Shown here in pieces: positions 30,467 through 38,390 of a stretch of 42,192 nt of DNA (the first letter of the stretch is position 1; the number at the start of each line of letters is the position of its first letter). Both the position numbers and the translations under genes were made by a program. The notes beneath the pieces were generated by a model. The model made no database searches. It was given only the letters and a program-made list of their open reading frames with translations, and had not been told where the DNA came from. Source of the DNA: a virus; the IMG/VR virus record IMGVR_UViG_3300045988_149535, positions 1 through 42,192 of that record; one strand, 5' to 3'.

Positions 30467-31498
30467 ATGCCAAGATTAGAAGAAGTTTTTAACACAAATG
30501 AATTAGTTAATTATTTTAAAGAAAGAAAGGTTGCTCCTATGTTAGGAGAATCACTTTTCCCAGAAAAAAAAATACAAGATATAGAGTTTGATATGATCTT
30601 AGGAACAGGAGGACTTCCTGTTACTGCTGAGGTACATGCTTTTGATACAGAAACTCAATTAGCTTCAAGAGAAGCTATTGAAAAAGGTGTAGCAAGCTTA
30701 GCTCTTATAAAGAGAAAAATAAAAATAGCAGAAAAAGACATCATAAAGATAAATAATCCAAGAACTGATTCAGAGTTAGCTTTTGTCTTATCTCAACTTT
30801 ATAATGATGCCGAAAAAATGACTGATTCAGTTAAAGTTAGAGTTGAAGCAATGAGAATGGAACTATTATCTACAGGTAAAATTGCTATTAATGAAAATAA
30901 AGTAAAAGTAACAATTGACTATAAAGTTCCATCTGGAAACAAAAAGTCATTTACATGGAACACACCAGATAGTGACACTCCATTAGATGATTTAGCTACA
31001 TTAGCTGATGCGGTGGAAGCTGAAAGTGGATCAAGACCAACTAGAGCATTGACATCTAGAAAAGTTGTTAAAACTATTTGCAATTGCGTTAGTGTAAGAA
31101 AGGCTATTTATGGAGTTAATAGTGATAAAATTGTTACTTTAGCTGCTTTAAATGAATTATTAGCTCAATTGGATTTACCACAAATTGTAGTTTATGAAGG
31201 AAAATATAAAAAGGAAACTGCTAAAGGCTTTGCGACTGCAAGATACTTCCCTGAAAATGTAATTGCTATGTTTGGTGATGAAACTCTAGGCGAAACTATT
31301 TATGGGTTAACCGCTGAAGAAGTTAAGTTAATTGGTGATGGTAAGATGGAATCTGCTGAAATATTAGATAATAAAATTTTTGTTGGAACTTATACATCTA
31401 TAGATCCAGTTGGGGAATTTACTAAAGCTGTTGCTACTGCATTACCAACATTACCTCATGGTGAGGAATTAGGAATAGGAACTGTTACTTTACCCTAA
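30467..31498 (+). CDS. Major capsid protein
   Basis: 343 aa, following the scaffold gene. The N-terminal pattern LFPEKKIQDIEFDMILGTGGLPVTAEVHAFDTE resembles capsid protein E-type families. Confidence 0.85.
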   Translation: MPRLEEVFNTNELVNYFKERKVAPMLGESLFPEKKIQDIEFDMILGTGGLPVTAEVHAFDTETQLASREAIEKGVASLALIKRKIKIAEKDIIKINNPRTDSELAFVLSQLYNDAEKMTDSVKVRVEAMRMELLSTGKIAINENKVKVTIDYKVPSGNKKSFTWNTPDSDTPLDDLATLADAVEAESGSRPTRALTSRKVVKTICNCVSVRKAIYGVNSDKIVTLAALNELLAQLDLPQIVVYEGKYKKETAKGFATARYFPENVIAMFGDETLGETIYGLTAEEVKLIGDGKMESAEILDNKIFVGTYTSIDPVGEFTKAVATALPTLPHGEELGIGTVTLP

Positions 31499-31520
31499 TC
31501 CCGCCCTAGAGACATCTAAA

Positions 31521-31560
31521 GTTGGTAAAGCTAGGGTAGGCAAAGCAAAAGTAGGTAAAG
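31521..31560 (+). repeat. Three 10-nt direct repeats at a 15-nt period (gttggtaaag, gtaggcaaag, gtaggtaaag)
   Basis: Read directly, in the 80-nt gap after the capsid stop. In the +1 frame they encode VGKAR-VGKAK-VGKE. Confidence 0.9.
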
Positions 31561-31578
31561 AATAGGAAGGTGATATAA

Positions 31579-31878
31579 ATGGCATATCAAAAACATACGT
31601 GGCAAGATGGAGAATTAATTACACATGAAAGATTAAATGCTATAGAAAATGGGATAGCAGAAATAGAATTGACTCCTGGGCCACAAGGTCCAACGGGACC
31701 AAAAGGAGATAGAGGGGAAACAGGACCACAAGGCCCTAAAGGCGCAGATGCAGTAATTAATAAATTAAATAAAGTAGATGCTTTAACTGCTGATTCTGCA
31801 ACTACACAGCAAATAGCAACTGCGTTTAATAATTTAATTGCAGATTTAAAAGCGAAAGGATTTATGAATAATCAATAG
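31579..31878 (+). CDS. Small collagen-like repeat protein (8 G-X-Y triplets)
   Basis: GPQGPTGPKGDRGETGPQGPKGAD is encoded at 31678-31749. GAAGGTG RBS. Confidence 0.8.
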   Translation: MAYQKHTWQDGELITHERLNAIENGIAEIELTPGPQGPTGPKGDRGETGPQGPKGADAVINKLNKVDALTADSATTQQIATAFNNLIADLKAKGFMNNQ

Positions 31879-31903
31879 GAGAGTACCTAAGTACTCTCTT
31901 TAA
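31879..31903 (+). terminator. Terminator/attenuator hairpin inside the structural operon
   Basis: Perfect 8-bp stem gagagtac/gtactctc, loop ctaa, then tttaaattt. Confidence 0.6.
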
Positions 31904-31914
31904 ATTTATAAGGA

Positions 31915-32199
31915 GTGGTAATTTTGACTTTAGAAGAGAAAAATGAAGCTAAGGCTATTCTAGTCATTAGAAATTACCTTAATAGAAATTTTAATGACGA
32001 ATATATAAAAAAGAATTATGGCTTAGCTATAGATCAGTTGATAGAAAATGCAAATAAAATCAATGCAACTAAACCAGTAGGGGTAAAATCTATGAGTGAA
32101 GGGAATCAATCTATATCATTTGAAAGTAATTTGGAGGCTTGGGCTATAACTTCTGATGTAAAAGCATTATTACCAGCTCAATATGTTCGGATGTATTAG
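31915..32199 (+). CDS. Head-tail connector (gp6-like)
   Basis: Position and size (94 aa). The start is GTG 31915 or TTG 31924, the latter 8 nt after AAGGAG. Confidence 0.55.
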   Translation: MVILTLEEKNEAKAILVIRNYLNRNFNDEYIKKNYGLAIDQLIENANKINATKPVGVKSMSEGNQSISFESNLEAWAITSDVKALLPAQYVRMY

Positions 32200-32209
32200 A
32201 GGTGATATA

Positions 32210-32620
32210 GTGGCAGTTTTATTTAAAAATTCAGATATAACTATTTTTAATAGATACCATGATAATTCTTTAGGTGCAGATATGTACCAAAGGACCGTTA
32301 TTAAGGGGGTAAATTGGCAGGGTAAAAGGAATGGAACTGTATCAGATAAAGGCTTACTTTTAGCAGATAGTACTCTTATTTTTATAGATAAATTAGAGAA
32401 TTATGTTAGTCCTAAAAGATTTGCTAAGTTATCAGATGAGGATAGAGCAAAATATTTTACATTTGCTCCTGGAGATAAGATTGTTAAAGGTGAAGTGGAA
32501 TTTGAAATAACAGGAGTTAAACCTTATAGAATAGCTGATTTAGATAACGAATTTGATGATGTTATAACAATTAAATCTGTTACTCCCTTATCAAGTCATT
32601 TTGAAATAGAGGGTGTTTAA
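32210..32620 (+). CDS. Head-tail joining / minor capsid protein
   Basis: GTG 32210 after GAGGTG avoids overlap with the preceding gene. The ORF track start is 32183. Confidence 0.55.
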   Translation: MAVLFKNSDITIFNRYHDNSLGADMYQRTVIKGVNWQGKRNGTVSDKGLLLADSTLIFIDKLENYVSPKRFAKLSDEDRAKYFTFAPGDKIVKGEVEFEITGVKPYRIADLDNEFDDVITIKSVTPLSSHFEIEGV

Positions 32621-32981
32621 TATGGCTACTACAGTAAGAATTAAAATGGATAATACTCAAAAAATACTTCTTAAGAGAAGTTTAAATAAAAATGGCCAAG
32701 CTCAAGAATTTTTTACTAAAGAATGTGCTAAATTTATGAATAACTATGTACCTTTTAAGACTGGTAGACTTAAGGATATGATGGTTCAAATAGAAACTAG
32801 TAAAGTTATATATAATGCTCCTTATTCACGAAAACAATACTATACTAATAAAGGCTTGGGAAAACAGGGCACTAGCCTAGGAGGATTGCGCGGAAAACAA
32901 TGGGATCGTAGAATGTGGAACAATAGAGGGGATGAAATAGTTAAATCTGTCGCTCAATTTGTAGGAGGTAGAACTAAATGA
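32613..32981 (+). CDS. Head-tail joining protein (HK97 gp10-like minor capsid protein)
   Basis: QAQEFFTKECAKFMNNYVPFKTGRLKD pattern. Overlapping gene arrangement. Confidence 0.6.
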   Translation: MFNMATTVRIKMDNTQKILLKRSLNKNGQAQEFFTKECAKFMNNYVPFKTGRLKDMMVQIETSKVIYNAPYSRKQYYTNKGLGKQGTSLGGLRGKQWDRRMWNNRGDEIVKSVAQFVGGRTK

Positions 32982-33406
32982 TTATAGATAGTCTTAGAAA
33001 TTACATGAGAAATTTAAAATGTCTAGATACATTTAATAATGCTATAAGAGTTAATGTTAATTATTTAGAATCTGATACAGATACTTATTCTATTGAAGAA
33101 GTTCCTGTAGAGCCTATATTAAAGCAATATGTTAATGGTGATAGTATAAGGCAATATGCTTTTATATTTACATCAAGAGAACCTTATGGAGTTGATGTTT
33201 TAACTAATATTGATAACTCAGGTTTTTATGAAAAATTAGCAGATGAAATTGAAGAAAATAATAATAATGAAAATTTTCCATTACTCGATAATGGATTAGA
33301 ACCTTTGGAAATTAAAGTTACTTCTACTGGATATGCTTTTGCAGTAACAGAAGATACTGCTCAGTATCAAATAAATTTAAGATTAAAATACTTTAAGAAA
33401 GGATGA
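32978..33406 (+). CDS. Head-tail joining / tail terminator-like protein
   Basis: ATGA overlaps on both sides. Position before the major tail gene. Confidence 0.5.
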   Translation: MIIDSLRNYMRNLKCLDTFNNAIRVNVNYLESDTDTYSIEEVPVEPILKQYVNGDSIRQYAFIFTSREPYGVDVLTNIDNSGFYEKLADEIEENNNNENFPLLDNGLEPLEIKVTSTGYAFAVTEDTAQYQINLRLKYFKKG

Positions 33407-33894
33407 TATTAATGGGGATTAGAAAAAGAAAAGTTCAAGCAAACTATTTAAAAGTTGGAGAAACTTTTGAATTATTAGGAACGGGTTTTACAGAATTAAA
33501 TGAAAGTCCTTCAGCACAAACAACTTCAAAAAGATATATAAATCAATCTAGTGCTAGTCAAAGTGTAACTGGATATGAATGGAGTTCAAGTTTCAATGCA
33601 GACCAAATAAAGAGTGAAAAAGCTATAGAATACATTAGAAAAATAGGAGAAATGCAACTTACAGGGGCTGATACTGAAGCAGAATATATAATAGTTGACC
33701 TAGACCAAGAAGCTCAAACTTCAGGGTATAGAGCTAGAAAAATTAATGTTGCAATCGCGGTAGATAGTTTTGATGATAATGATGGTGAATTAGGTATTAG
33801 TGGTACTTTCCTTGGACAAAGTGATCCTATTGAAGGAACTTTTGATACAAGTACTAAATCATTTACTCTAGGCTTTACAGCTAAAGGAGAATAA
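33403..33894 (+). CDS. Major tail protein
   Basis: 163 aa, upstream of the chaperone pair. ANYLKVGETFELLGTGFTELNESPSAQT resembles the N-termini of phi13/TP901-type major tail proteins. Confidence 0.7.
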   Translation: MILMGIRKRKVQANYLKVGETFELLGTGFTELNESPSAQTTSKRYINQSSASQSVTGYEWSSSFNADQIKSEKAIEYIRKIGEMQLTGADTEAEYIIVDLDQEAQTSGYRARKINVAIAVDSFDDNDGELGISGTFLGQSDPIEGTFDTSTKSFTLGFTAKGE

Positions 33895-33910
33895 TAAGGG
33901 GGAATTTTGA

Positions 33911-34255
33911 ATGATAATTAATGGAGTTGAATTAGACGATTTAAACGGACTTGACTACGAAACAGCTCAAAAAGTTGAAAAAGAAATGGAAAAAACTCAA
34001 GGACTTGGAGATAAAGTTCCAAAATTAAAAAATTCAGAAGGTATTAGAGTTATATGTGATACTGTTAATGAAATATTTGATAATATTTTCGGAGAAGGAA
34101 CTTCTGAAAAAGTATTTAAAGGGAAAAAAGACTTAAAAATATCAATGATAGCTTTTGAAGAATTATGTAAAAATTATTATGAAAGTCAAAATTCTATGAA
34201 TGATATGATAAAAAAATACTCTCCTAATAGAGCTGCTAGAAGAAGTAAAAAATAA
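33911..34255 (+). CDS. Tail assembly chaperone (gpG-like)
   Basis: Position between the major tail and tape measure genes. 114 aa. GGGGGA RBS. Confidence 0.6.
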   Translation: MIINGVELDDLNGLDYETAQKVEKEMEKTQGLGDKVPKLKNSEGIRVICDTVNEIFDNIFGEGTSEKVFKGKKDLKISMIAFEELCKNYYESQNSMNDMIKKYSPNRAARRSKK

Positions 34256-34857
34256 TGAATATATTGGTTGATTTATTACCCAAAGAAGTCACTATTAATA
34301 ATAAAAAATATAAAATTAATAGTGATTTTAGAATTTCAATTTTATTTGAAATATTAATGCAAGATAATTCTGTAATAAATGAAGATAAAATAGGGTTAGC
34401 TTTAAATCTTTATTATTATGAAGTTCCTCCTAAAAAATACTGGCAAGAAGCTGTAGAAAAAATGTTATGGTTTTATAGATGTGGTAAAGATATATATTCG
34501 TCAAAAAAAAATGGTAAAGGTAATGGCGCCACTCAAATTTATTCGTTTGAACATGATGATGATTATATTTATGCTGCATTTATGGACCAATATAATTTAG
34601 ACTTGCAAGATATAGACTATTTACATTGGTGGAAGTTTAAAGCTATGTTTAAGAGCCTTAAAGAGGATAATGAAATAGTTAAAATAATGAAATATAGAAG
34701 TATAGATTTGTCTAAAATTAAAGATAAGGAGCAGAAGGCTTATTATAAAGAAATGAAAAACCTTTATAAAATTCCTATTTCTAAAGATGAAGAAATTAAG
34801 CTAAAAGAAATAGAAGAAGCTTTATTAAATGGTGGAGATTTAAGTAAATTATTATAA
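34255..34857 (+). CDS. Gp15-family tail assembly protein (gpT-like position)
   Basis: MNILVDLLPKEVTINNKKYKINSDFRISILFEILMQD is typical of the phage Gp15 family. TAATG overlap with the preceding gene. Confidence 0.65.
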   Translation: MNILVDLLPKEVTINNKKYKINSDFRISILFEILMQDNSVINEDKIGLALNLYYYEVPPKKYWQEAVEKMLWFYRCGKDIYSSKKNGKGNGATQIYSFEHDDDYIYAAFMDQYNLDLQDIDYLHWWKFKAMFKSLKEDNEIVKIMKYRSIDLSKIKDKEQKAYYKEMKNLYKIPISKDEEIKLKEIEEALLNGGDLSKLL

Positions 34858-34882
34858 CCCCCAAAAAAAATATTAATAAAAA

Positions 34883-34911
34883 TTGTAAATTAATATAAAA
34901 AATAGTATTAT
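34883..34911 (+). promoter_or_regulatory. Promoter-like element TTGTAA-17-TATTAT ahead of the tail-module moron
   Basis: Lies in the 90-nt AT-rich gap after the Gp15-family gene. Confidence 0.4.
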
Positions 34912-34947
34912 ATAATTGTATTTTAACTTTTTAAGGGGGGATATGGA

Positions 34948-35169
34948 ATGGGAAATCAAATAGGATGCCCTAAATGTGGAAGTAATAACGTACAAATAGT
35001 AAATGATTCTACTGTAGAAACAAAAGGATTTGGAGCTGGAAAAGGCTGTTTAGGAGCAATATGCTTTGGCCCAATAGGTTTGTTGTGTGGAATGTGTGGA
35101 ATGGGGAAAAGTAAAACAAGCAATAATACATATAGGATGTGTGTAAATTGTGGAGAAAAATTTAAATAA
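34948..35169 (+). CDS. LITAF-like split zinc-ribbon membrane protein (73 aa)
   Basis: CPKCG at the N-terminus and CVNCG at the C-terminus flank a Gly/Cys-rich hydrophobic hairpin (GCLGAICFGPIGLLCGMCGMG). AAGGGGGG RBS. Confidence 0.7.
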   Translation: MGNQIGCPKCGSNNVQIVNDSTVETKGFGAGKGCLGAICFGPIGLLCGMCGMGKSKTSNNTYRMCVNCGEKFK

Positions 35170-35521
35170 ACATTTAAAATTATGGACAAACTTTATGAAG
35201 CTAGGCAGCTACACTTGCCACCAAATTTATGAAAGAAGTTTTTCTTATAGAGGTTATCAATTCCCAATATGTGCTAGATGTACAGGGATTTTTATAGGCC
35301 AAATAATTGGTATTATTCTTATTATTCTAGGATTTAGACTTGAGTTTTTATGGTCTATAGTATTAATTGTCCCTATGTCCATTGATGGATTGATACAATT
35401 AATAAAAATAATGGAATCTAATAATGTCCGCAGATTTATTACTGGTTTTATATCAGGCATAGGATATATGTATTTGTTATTTAATATAGTAGTAATTATT
35501 AAACACTTAGTTTTTGACTAA
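35150..35521 (+). CDS. DUF2085-like polytopic membrane protein
   Basis: CHQIYERSFSYRGYQFPICARCTGIFIGQIIG followed by further TM segments. The start is GTG 35150 or ATG 35195. Confidence 0.7.
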   Translation: MEKNLNKHLKLWTNFMKLGSYTCHQIYERSFSYRGYQFPICARCTGIFIGQIIGIILIILGFRLEFLWSIVLIVPMSIDGLIQLIKIMESNNVRRFITGFISGIGYMYLLFNIVVIIKHLVFD

Positions 35522-35531
35522 GTGTTTTTTT
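35501..35531 (+). terminator. Intrinsic terminator closing the moron
   Basis: Perfect 10-bp stem aaacacttag/ctaagtgttt with a 7-nt loop and a T7 run. Overlaps the stop codon. Confidence 0.85.
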
Positions 35532-35546
35532 ATTTCAAATTAAGAG

Positions 35547-35684
35547 GTGATTGAAATAGAAGATATACGTTGTATAAATTGTAATCAGCTATTATTAAAA
35601 GCTGATTTAGTAAGAGGGGAAATAAAATGCCCTCGCTGTAAAAAAATAAATAAATTAGAAATTGGACGAAAAGACAGAGCTTAG
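35547..35684 (+). CDS. com: Mu Com-like zinc-finger protein (45 aa)
   Basis: IRCINCNQLLLKADLVRGEIKCPRCKKIN closely parallels Mu Com (IRCKNCNKLLFKAD...EIRCPRCK). The start is ambiguous: GTG 35547 overlaps the RBS, and ATA 35556 lies 8 nt after AAGAGG. Confidence 0.65.
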   Translation: MIEIEDIRCINCNQLLLKADLVRGEIKCPRCKKINKLEIGRKDRA

Positions 35685-35753
35685 AGCCACACCTTAGAGT
35701 AGTGAGCCAATGCCTGCTTTTTTTATTTTATAAAGAAAGTAGGTGAGTGGTTA

Positions 35754-38390
35754 ATGAGTGATGGGCGTATAATAATTGACACTGAAATAGATAATAGTGG
35801 TCTTGAAAGTGGTTTAGAGAAAGCTAAGTCAAGTGCTAAATCTCAAGCTGCCAAATTAGCAGCTGAATATAAAAAACAGGGTATGTCAGCTAGCGAAGCA
35901 TTTAAAAAAGCATGGTCTGAAATAGAAAGAGATTCTGATGAAAAATCTAAACAGACATCTGAAAATTGGAAAGCTAATGTTGGTGATAAATTAACTGGAA
36001 TAGCTAAAACTAGTGCCAAAGCTATATCTGGCCTAATAGTTGGAGCAGCAACTGCATTAAGTGGTTTAGCGGCTGCTGCTATAAAAATAGGTTCTGACTT
36101 TGAAGCTCAAATGAGTAGGGTTAAGGCTATATCAGGTGCTACGGCTGATGAGTTTGAAAAATTAAATGAATTAGCAATACAATTAGGTGCTGATACTGCA
36201 TTTAGTGCTTATGAGGCTGCTGAAGGAATGGAAAATCTAGCTTCAGCTGGATTTGATGTTAGTGAAATAATGGATGCTATGCCTGGAATGTTAGATTTAG
36301 CAGCTGCAAGTGGAGAAGATTTAGCAATAAGTTCAGATATAGCGGCTAGTACTCTAAGAGGATTTGGTTTAGCTGCAAGTGAAGCAGGACATGTAGCTGA
36401 TGTTCTTGCCAAAAACGCTGCTGATACAAATGCAGCTGTTTATGATACTGGAGAAGCTATGAAATATGTTGCTCCGGTTGCGGCTTCTTTAGGACTTTCA
36501 TTAGAAGAAGTTACAGCTGCTATAGGTTTAATGGCTAATGCTGGAATACAAGGTTCCCAAGCTGGTACTGCATTAAGAGCTTCTCTTACTAGATTGACTA
36601 AACCTACTGATGCTATGATTACTGCCATGGAAAAAGTAGGTTTTAATGCTTTTGATTCTGAAGGCAAAATGAAAAGCTTAAGCGATATGATTAGTGAGCT
36701 TAAATCTGGAATGGAAGGATGGACTGATGAAGCTAAATCTAATGCTTTAGCTACTATATTCGGAACTGAAGCATTAAGTGGTATGATGGCCTTAATAAAT
36801 GCTGGACCTGAACAAATAGACGCTTTAACTGAAAGTTTAATAAATTCTGATGGAGCTGCTAAAGAATACGCTGAAACTATGCAAGATAATTTAAAAGGTA
36901 ATATTGAAGCTTTAGGTGGTTCTTTAGAAACCTTAGGGATTCAGTTTTATCAAAGTGTTGATACTCCTTTAAATGATATTGTAAGTAGTGCTAATTCTAT
37001 GGTTGATGAATTGTCAAAAGCATTTTCAGAAGGAGGATTTGAAGGATTAGTAAGTCAATTAGGAACTACATTAGCTACTATAGTTACTCAAATTGCAAAT
37101 AGTGCTCCTAAGATGATAGATATTGGAGTAAGTCTGATAAAAAATTTAATAACTGGAATACAAGAAAATCTCCCAGCTATAGCTACTGGTGCTATTGATA
37201 TAGTTATGAGTTTAGTTAATGGAATAATTGAAATACTACCAATGCTTTTAGAGGTAGGATTACAAGCTCTAATAACTTTAGGACAAGGTATTGCTGAATC
37301 CTTACCAACTTTAATTCCAACTTTGGTTAATCTAGTAATATCTATGTGCGATATGATAATAGAAAATTTGCCATTAATATTAGATGTAGCAATAGATATA
37401 ATCTTGGCTTTAGTTCAAGGACTAGTTAATGCTTTACCTACTTTAATTGCAGAAGTACCACGTATTATAAATAGCTTTGCTGATGCTATATATGGAGCAT
37501 TACCAACAATATTAAAGGCTGGTATAGATATAATCGTTATGCTAGTTAAAGGATTGATAGATTCAATCCCTATTATAATTCAGAATTTACCACAAATAAT
37601 AATGGCTATAGTAAATGTATTTACTCTTTTTAATTGGGCTAGTATTGGGAAAAACTTAATTACTGGAATTGGTAATGGTATTAAATCTATGGTATCTAAT
37701 ATAGGAACTATAGCTAAATTTACTGCTGAAAGTGTTATAAATGGAATAAAAGGTATATTTTCGGCAGGTGGAAATATAGGTAAGAATTTAATAAGTTGGA
37801 TTGCTAATGGAGTAAGTAGTTCTTTAGGAAACTTATTGCAAGCAGCTAAAAATGTAGCTATAAGTGCAATTCAAGGTATTAAAAATATTTTAGGATGGAA
37901 TGAGGCTTCAAGTATAGGATCTAATCTTATTAGGGGGATTTGGAGTGGTATTTCTAATATGACTGGCTGGATAATTAACCTTATAGGTGGATTTGCTGGA
38001 AGTGTAATAAGTTCTATAAAAGACTTCTTTGATATACATAGTCCTAGTAGAATTATGGATAAGTTAATTGGGAGAAACCTTGTTAAAGGTATTGGAGTAG
38101 GTATTGATGTTGAAACACCAAATTTAGAAAAAGATATTGATTCTAACATGAGTGATTTAGTTGCTAAAATGAAAGGAACTGTAGATTATGAAACTTCTAT
38201 GACTACAGCTAGAGTTGTTGCTCATAATAATATTTTAAGTAGTGGAACTGATATGGATACTGACAATCCTAAAGAAAATCCTGTAACAGTAATTGCTAAG
38301 TTTATTGTTGATGGTAAAGAATTTGTTCAAGAAGTTGTGGCCCCTAATCAAGATGTATTAAATGATTATTATGAAGGGAGGTTGCCGTAA
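35754..38390 (+). CDS. Tape measure protein
   Basis: 878 aa, Ala/Gly/Ile-rich and helical, with the AFSAYEAAEGMENLASAGF core motif. Lies upstream of the Dit/Tal genes. Confidence 0.92.
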   Translation: MSDGRIIIDTEIDNSGLESGLEKAKSSAKSQAAKLAAEYKKQGMSASEAFKKAWSEIERDSDEKSKQTSENWKANVGDKLTGIAKTSAKAISGLIVGAATALSGLAAAAIKIGSDFEAQMSRVKAISGATADEFEKLNELAIQLGADTAFSAYEAAEGMENLASAGFDVSEIMDAMPGMLDLAAASGEDLAISSDIAASTLRGFGLAASEAGHVADVLAKNAADTNAAVYDTGEAMKYVAPVAASLGLSLEEVTAAIGLMANAGIQGSQAGTALRASLTRLTKPTDAMITAMEKVGFNAFDSEGKMKSLSDMISELKSGMEGWTDEAKSNALATIFGTEALSGMMALINAGPEQIDALTESLINSDGAAKEYAETMQDNLKGNIEALGGSLETLGIQFYQSVDTPLNDIVSSANSMVDELSKAFSEGGFEGLVSQLGTTLATIVTQIANSAPKMIDIGVSLIKNLITGIQENLPAIATGAIDIVMSLVNGIIEILPMLLEVGLQALITLGQGIAESLPTLIPTLVNLVISMCDMIIENLPLILDVAIDIILALVQGLVNALPTLIAEVPRIINSFADAIYGALPTILKAGIDIIVMLVKGLIDSIPIIIQNLPQIIMAIVNVFTLFNWASIGKNLITGIGNGIKSMVSNIGTIAKFTAESVINGIKGIFSAGGNIGKNLISWIANGVSSSLGNLLQAAKNVAISAIQGIKNILGWNEASSIGSNLIRGIWSGISNMTGWIINLIGGFAGSVISSIKDFFDIHSPSRIMDKLIGRNLVKGIGVGIDVETPNLEKDIDSNMSDLVAKMKGTVDYETSMTTARVVAHNNILSSGTDMDTDNPKENPVTVIAKFIVDGKEFVQEVVAPNQDVLNDYYEGRLP

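Noticed and set aside
31496-31519. Stop-codon read-through of the capsid TAA as an alternative to the +1 frameshift.
   Set aside because: Read-through in frame 0 adds only SRPRDI before the next TAA and does not include the 15-nt repeats, so it explains nothing about the downstream sequence.
36209-38149. Three minus-strand ORFs (36209-36412, 36440-36667, 37871-38149) inside the tape measure gene. Similar antisense ORFs lie in the tail fibre (1239-1460, 1729-2025), GHKL gene (4064-4279, 5756-5953), int (8241-8492), terL (25694-26071), portal (27394-27594, 27434-27619), scaffold region (29353-29625), the moron (34956-35189, 35257-35460) and other places.
   Set aside because: All are fully embedded in longer ORFs that carry recognisable domains. 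They lack RBSs and have antisense-type composition.
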